A DNA stretch of 64,000 nt from Azolla caroliniana. Its lineage: Eukaryota > Plantae > Polypodiophyta. The stretch is taken from NCBI GenBank assembly GCA_043228905.1, contig JBHGNT010000015.1, positions 20,150,001 through 20,214,000 on the forward strand. The letters run 5' to 3'. Made by a program: the position numbers and the translations under genes. This document shows, piece after piece, positions 59,307-64,000 of this stretch. Position 1 is the first letter of the stretch; every line of letters begins with the position of its first letter. The notes below the pieces were generated by a model. That model was not told where the DNA came from and made no database searches. It was given only the letters and a program-made list of their open reading frames with translations.

Positions 59307-59839
59307 TGTCATGATATGTCAAGAGCTCGACCCAGTGTCATGATATGGCAAGACTCGAACCCATGACCTTAGGTTATATGGGTCGAGCTCTTGACCATTA
59401 GACCATCTATTGTAATACATAGAATATTATTTTCATTTACATTTTATTATAGGAAATTAGTGTATATTCCAGATTTCTCTGGAACATTCTAGAAGCTTTA
59501 GGATTACTCCTGAAAACACTATAAAAGAGGGCACTAGGCATTATGTTGAACCAAATTAGTTCAACGCCAGTCTTAAGCCTTTTAGCCACCATTGTATATT
59601 CTCTTCATATAATACATATCTTTCTTATCATCACTCTCTCTCTCTCTCTCTCTTCCTCTCCGTCTCGCTCACTCCTTCCTTCTCTCGAAGAAGTTCTACA
59701 CCTCTCATAGTACTAATCCTTCGTTTAGTACTAATTCCTTCTCTGTCTCAGTACTGTTCCTGACAGTTTGAACCAATTTTCCCTACCTTCTATCTCTCTC
59801 ATTTCCTACTAATCTCTTATTCCTCTTTTCTTTCATCCC

Positions 59840-60970
59840 ATGGCAACTGTTAGCGCTGAAGAATATCAATCTGTTTTCTCGGAATTTCAATGCTTGAAAG
59901 AGAAGTTCCATGCTTTGGAACAAGTAAACCAACGGTTGCTGGGGGATCTTCAACAAATCTCCTTAGAAAAGCAGCAAACGCAACAACAACATGGGGAACT
60001 TGCGTTACGCGTGCAACAACTCGAAGCAACCATCGTAGCGATGCAACAACAAGGGCCCAGAACACAAGGGATTCATAAAGAACCCAAGATTGGCCTTCCC
60101 ACGAAGTTCGATGGAACGCGATCGCAGTTTAGAGGGTTCCTTAACCAGGTACGATTAGTTATCCAAATGCATCCTTCTAGAGTGGGTTTAGTAGGCACTT
60201 TGTTAAGTGGCTCAACATTGTCATGGTTCGCTCCACTATTAGAAAAGGAATCTCCGTTACTCAACAATTTTGAAGAGTTTCTAGGTGAGTTTAAAGCATG
60301 TTTCGGAGATACTAACAGCATCAGGACTGCAATCAACAAAATTCGGCGATTACGCCATGGTGACCGTTCAGCCTCCGCATACGCTGTAGATTTTCGTCTA
60401 CTCGCCGCCGATATCCCTTGGGATGATCAAGCGTTGATGGAGCAATTCCGTTATGGTTTACGCAACGACGTCAAGGATTTACTCTTGAACTTCCCCAAAG
60501 AGCCAAAGTCCTTAACAGAAGCAATCAGTCGCGCGGTGAGATGTGACAACCGCCTCTTTGAGCGACGTTCGGAAAGACAGTTACAGATGCCGAGGCCAAG
60601 ATCAGAGCCCACCTACGCCTCAGTGGTAGCAAGACCTTTTCCGAGGGAGTCATATAATGCGCCTCCAGCAAATACTCCGACTCCGATGGAGATTGACACT
60701 AGACGTCGTCGAGGGCCATTATCCGAAGAAGAAAAGCAGCGATGCCGTACAAATCGACTATGTCTTTACTGCGGTGGACCAAGACATATCGCAATAAATT
60801 GCCCCCATAGGCCAAGAAGACAGGTAAACCAAATAGTCGCTAGTTCTAATTGTACTAAACCCGAGCCTATTTCAGTAGGGATATCTGATAGTCCTAATAG
60901 TACTAATAGCCTAGATCTAGCAAACAAATTTGATGTCCTTAGTCAGTTAGAAGAAGAGTTAAACGACTAA
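59840..60970 (+). CDS. gag: Gypsy Gag (retrotransposon gag domain plus CCHC-type knuckle)
   Basis: 376-aa ORF with P.KFDGTRSQFRGFLNQV, LSG..LSWF, FRYGL..DVKD, PTPMEID and CLYCGGPRHIAINC. Confidence 0.88.
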   Translation: MATVSAEEYQSVFSEFQCLKEKFHALEQVNQRLLGDLQQISLEKQQTQQQHGELALRVQQLEATIVAMQQQGPRTQGIHKEPKIGLPTKFDGTRSQFRGFLNQVRLVIQMHPSRVGLVGTLLSGSTLSWFAPLLEKESPLLNNFEEFLGEFKACFGDTNSIRTAINKIRRLRHGDRSASAYAVDFRLLAADIPWDDQALMEQFRYGLRNDVKDLLLNFPKEPKSLTEAISRAVRCDNRLFERRSERQLQMPRPRSEPTYASVVARPFPRESYNAPPANTPTPMEIDTRRRRGPLSEEEKQRCRTNRLCLYCGGPRHIAINCPHRPRRQVNQIVASSNCTKPEPISVGISDSPNSTNSLDLANKFDVLSQLEEELND

Positions 60971-63546
60971 GTCCAGCCAAAATAGGAGCCGTTTGGTTGG
61001 ACAACCCTAGATCTGTGCAACCCATTAGTGGTTCCATTCCCTCTAAGCAAGTTAGTGATGTGTTCGTAGCCGAAGTAATAGTTAGTACTAAAAGTACCCC
61101 TCCAGTACATGTCCTAGCACTCCTAGATTCCGGAGCTAGCTCTTGCTTTATGGATAAGAAATTTGCTCAAGTTCATAAGATATCCCTAAGAAAACTCTAG
61201 TGTCCAGCCTCTGTAGTAGTCATTGATGGACGTCCCATTGCTTCCGGAAATATCATAGAAGAGTCAGAGCCCATTAATATTATCCTAGATAACTTAGCAT
61301 GTGTAGTATCATTTAATATTATTAGTATCCCAGAACATCCTATAGTTTTAGGATTACCGTGGTTCGAGTTACATAACCCAGACATAGATTGGAGAACAAG
61401 AGAAATCCGATGTCGACAAACCCAAGGGACAACTCAGAAGATGGCAACCATTTCGCTACGTCAGTTGTGTAAAGAAGGGGGCGAGGAGGAAATGTTCCTC
61501 TTTGCAATATCAGTAAACCCCTCCAGCACCACTAAAGAAGAATCCACTGTTCAACTTCCCGAGAAGTATCGTCATTACGCCGATGTGTTCGATAAAGTAC
61601 AAGCCAACACACTTCCTCATCATCGACCGTACGATTGCCCCATCGATTTACAACCGGGAAAAGAGCCGCCATGGGGACCGATCTACAATTTGTCACCAAC
61701 CGAGCTGGAAGTCCTTCGGGCCTATATCGAGGAGAATTTGGAAAATGGTTTCATTCGACATTCGAAATCTCCAGTCGGCACGCCCATTTTCTTCGTCAAG
61801 AAAAAAGATGGATCGCTTCGTCTTGTTGTAGATTACCGTGGCTTGAATAAGGTTACAATCAGGAATAGGTATGCTCTTCCCCTTATCTCAAGTCTTTTAG
61901 AACGGATCAATGGTGCCAGGTTCTTCACGAAGATCGACTTACGGGGAGCATATAACCTCGTACGGATCCGACCAGGAGATGAATGGAAGACCGCGTTTCG
62001 CACCAGATATGGGCACTTCGAGTATACGGTCATACTGTTCGGCCTCACTAATGCGTCGACAGTCTTCCAGCACATGGCTAATGATATATTCCGAGATCTA
62101 TTGGATGATTGTTTGATCATCTATTTGGATTATCTACTAGTTTATTCAAAGACCCAAGAAGAACATGATTCTCATGTACTATCAGTACTAAAACGACTTC
62201 GAGAACATGGTTTGTATGCAAAGCTGGAAAAATGTAGTTTCGGGTGCAACCAAGTGGAATTTCTGGGCTACATCATTTCGTCAGAAGGCATCTCCATGGA
62301 CCCAGCTAAGGTCAAAACGGTGGTAGAATGGCAGACTCCGCGTTCAGTGCGGGATGTGCAATGCTTCCTAGGCTTTGCCAATTTTTACCGGAAGTTCATA
62401 CAAAATTACTCAAAGATCGTTCTACCTCTCACACAACTTACCAGGAAGGGACAACCGTTCATCTGGTCTGAAGAAACGGACATGGATTTCGAGAGTCTTA
62501 AAAAGGCATTTACATCGGCTCCAATTCTAGCTCATGTCGATCCGGAAAAAGCATTCATTATCGAAGCTGACGCATCGGATTTTGCATTGGGGAGCATTCT
62601 GTCACAACAGGGGAATGATGAGAAGCTACATCCAGTGGCTTTTCACTCACGCAAGTTTGACGCCGCCGAAATTAACTACGAAATTCATGATAAGGAGCTA
62701 TTGGCAATAGTGGATTCTTTTATGCAATGGAGGCATTTTCTGGAGGGATCCTCTCATCCAGTCACCGTATTTAATGATCACAAGAATCTTGCCTACTTTC
62801 AGGATGCTTGTGTGTTGAATCGACGTCAAGCTTGGTGGGCCCACTTCTTCACGCGTTTCGACTTCAAAATTACATATCATCTGGGGAAGCACCAAGGGAA
62901 GGCAGATGCATTATCACGACGTTCGTATCTAGCACCCCGTCCCGGCGAGCCAACTTTCGATAACAAAAAACAAGTCATCTTGGGACCGGCACGACTACAA
63001 GCAACACAGATCTTTGACATGCCCATGGATTCCCGCGTTATCGATACCATACGTGAAGACTTGAAGACAGATGCGTTCGCCCAAGCTATACTAGCACAAA
63101 TTTATCCCTCTCGAGCGTCGTGTTCATAGTCGCAACCACCAGGTACGGACTATCGACAATTCAAATACCATGATGGATTACTCTTCTTTAAAGAACTTTT
63201 GTATGTTCCTAATGGTTCTTGCCGCCTTCGAGTAGTTCAAAACTGCCATGACACATATATAGCTGGGCATTTTGGTAGTACTAAAACATTACATTTAGTA
63301 CAACGATCATTCTGGTGGCCCTGTATGCGACAATTTGTCGAGGATTTTGTTCGGACTTGTGATACATGTTGCAGAGCGAAAATGCCAAGGCATCATCCAT
63401 ATGGTTTATTAGAACCATTACCAATTCCAAGCAAGCCGTGGCAATCCATTGCTCTAGACTTCATCACAGATCTTCCAGTCTCTAAGGGGTTCAATGCGAT
63501 TCTAACGGTGGTCGATCGATACACGAAGATGGCTCATTTCTTGCCA
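60950..63546 (+). pseudogene. pol: Gypsy pol (PR-RT-RNase H-partial IN), inactivated
   Basis: ALLDSGA protease; RT with DYRGLN, KIDLRGAY and YLDY (YLDD mutated); RNase H EADASDFALG; IN H..GH...C..C and DFITDLP. In-frame TAG stops at 61198 and 63127. Lies in the -1 frame relative to gag. Confidence 0.9.
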
Positions 63547-64000
63547 TATCATGACAGCACGCGCCATGATGCATGAGAAGCACATGGCGAATTTCTATTG
63601 GGCTGAAGCGGCATCCACGGTCGTCTATCTCATGTATCGATGCACCGCTAGTGGAGTGCATAAGCTAACTCCCTACGAGCTCCTTGTCAGAAGGAAGCCG
63701 ATCCTGTCGCACCTCAAGGTGTTCGGAAGCATTGCGAATGTACGCATCCTGAACGAAAATTGATTGAAGCCCGACGTGAAGTCAGAGAAATGTATTCTCG
63801 TAGGATAGTGGTCCGAGAAGAAGGCATACAAGTGCTATAACCCTTCGACTCAACCGGTTCAGGTGAGTTGAGACATAGTCTTTGACGAATCGACATCATG
63901 GTATAAGCCTGATTCTGCTCCACCTGACTTGACCGAGGAAGAGTTGAACGTCAACTCAGAGGAAGATATTTGGACAAGTTCTCTACCAAAGGACAATCCA

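Larger units (their letters stand above)
59307..63556 (+). mobile_element. Ty3/Gypsy chromovirus (Tcn1/Tf1-like), 3'-truncated, inserted in the Copia integrase
   Basis: TSD gcacg at 59302-59306 and 63557-63561. LTR 59336-59765 (TGTCA...TGACA). Domain order gag, PR, RT, RNase H, then partial IN. Confidence 0.92.
53553..64000 (+). mobile_element. Degenerate Ty1/Copia retrotransposon, host of two nested insertions; continues past the window end
   Basis: 5' LTR is 53553-53914 plus 57179-57248 (tgttgaga...tcttaaca). PBS tggtatcaaagc (tRNA-iMet) at 57249. Gag UBN2-type sequence, CCHC knuckle, WFVDSG protease. Integrase TPQQNGVAERKNR resumes as ARAMM...WAEAASTVVYL at 63557. Confidence 0.9.

Overview
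Eukaryotic nuclear DNA from a land plant, probably a fern or other non-seed vascular plant. That assignment is an inference from intron style, a PLS-PPR gene, RTEX-like LINEs and a self-priming Tcn1-like chromovirus. There are seven protein-coding genes: NFRKB-like (5' partial), ABHD17/ABAPT-like thioesterase, Lsi2-like silicon/metalloid efflux transporter, PLS-E PPR protein, an SDR, a casein kinase 1 with a repeat-rich tail, and an ASR3/SH4-like trihelix gene with no visible DNA-binding domain. There is also one tRNA-Ile(UAU). Transposons include non-autonomous hAT elements, MULE remnants (one carrying a Ulp1 protease), a young TRIM and LINEs piled into (GA)n microsatellites. From about 53.5 kb to the end lies a degenerate Copia carrying two structurally odd nested LTR insertions. 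The first (53915-57173) has an inverted PBS where the PPT should be and an internal inverted U5+PBS copy that forms a 255-bp hairpin. The second (59307-63556) is a Tcn1-like Gypsy with no 3' LTR, yet it is bounded by inverted U3 tips and a perfect 5-bp TSD, and its LTR starts with an antisense tRNA-like Pol III A/B-box module. All family assignments come from remembered motifs, not database searches; exon coordinates were read by eye.
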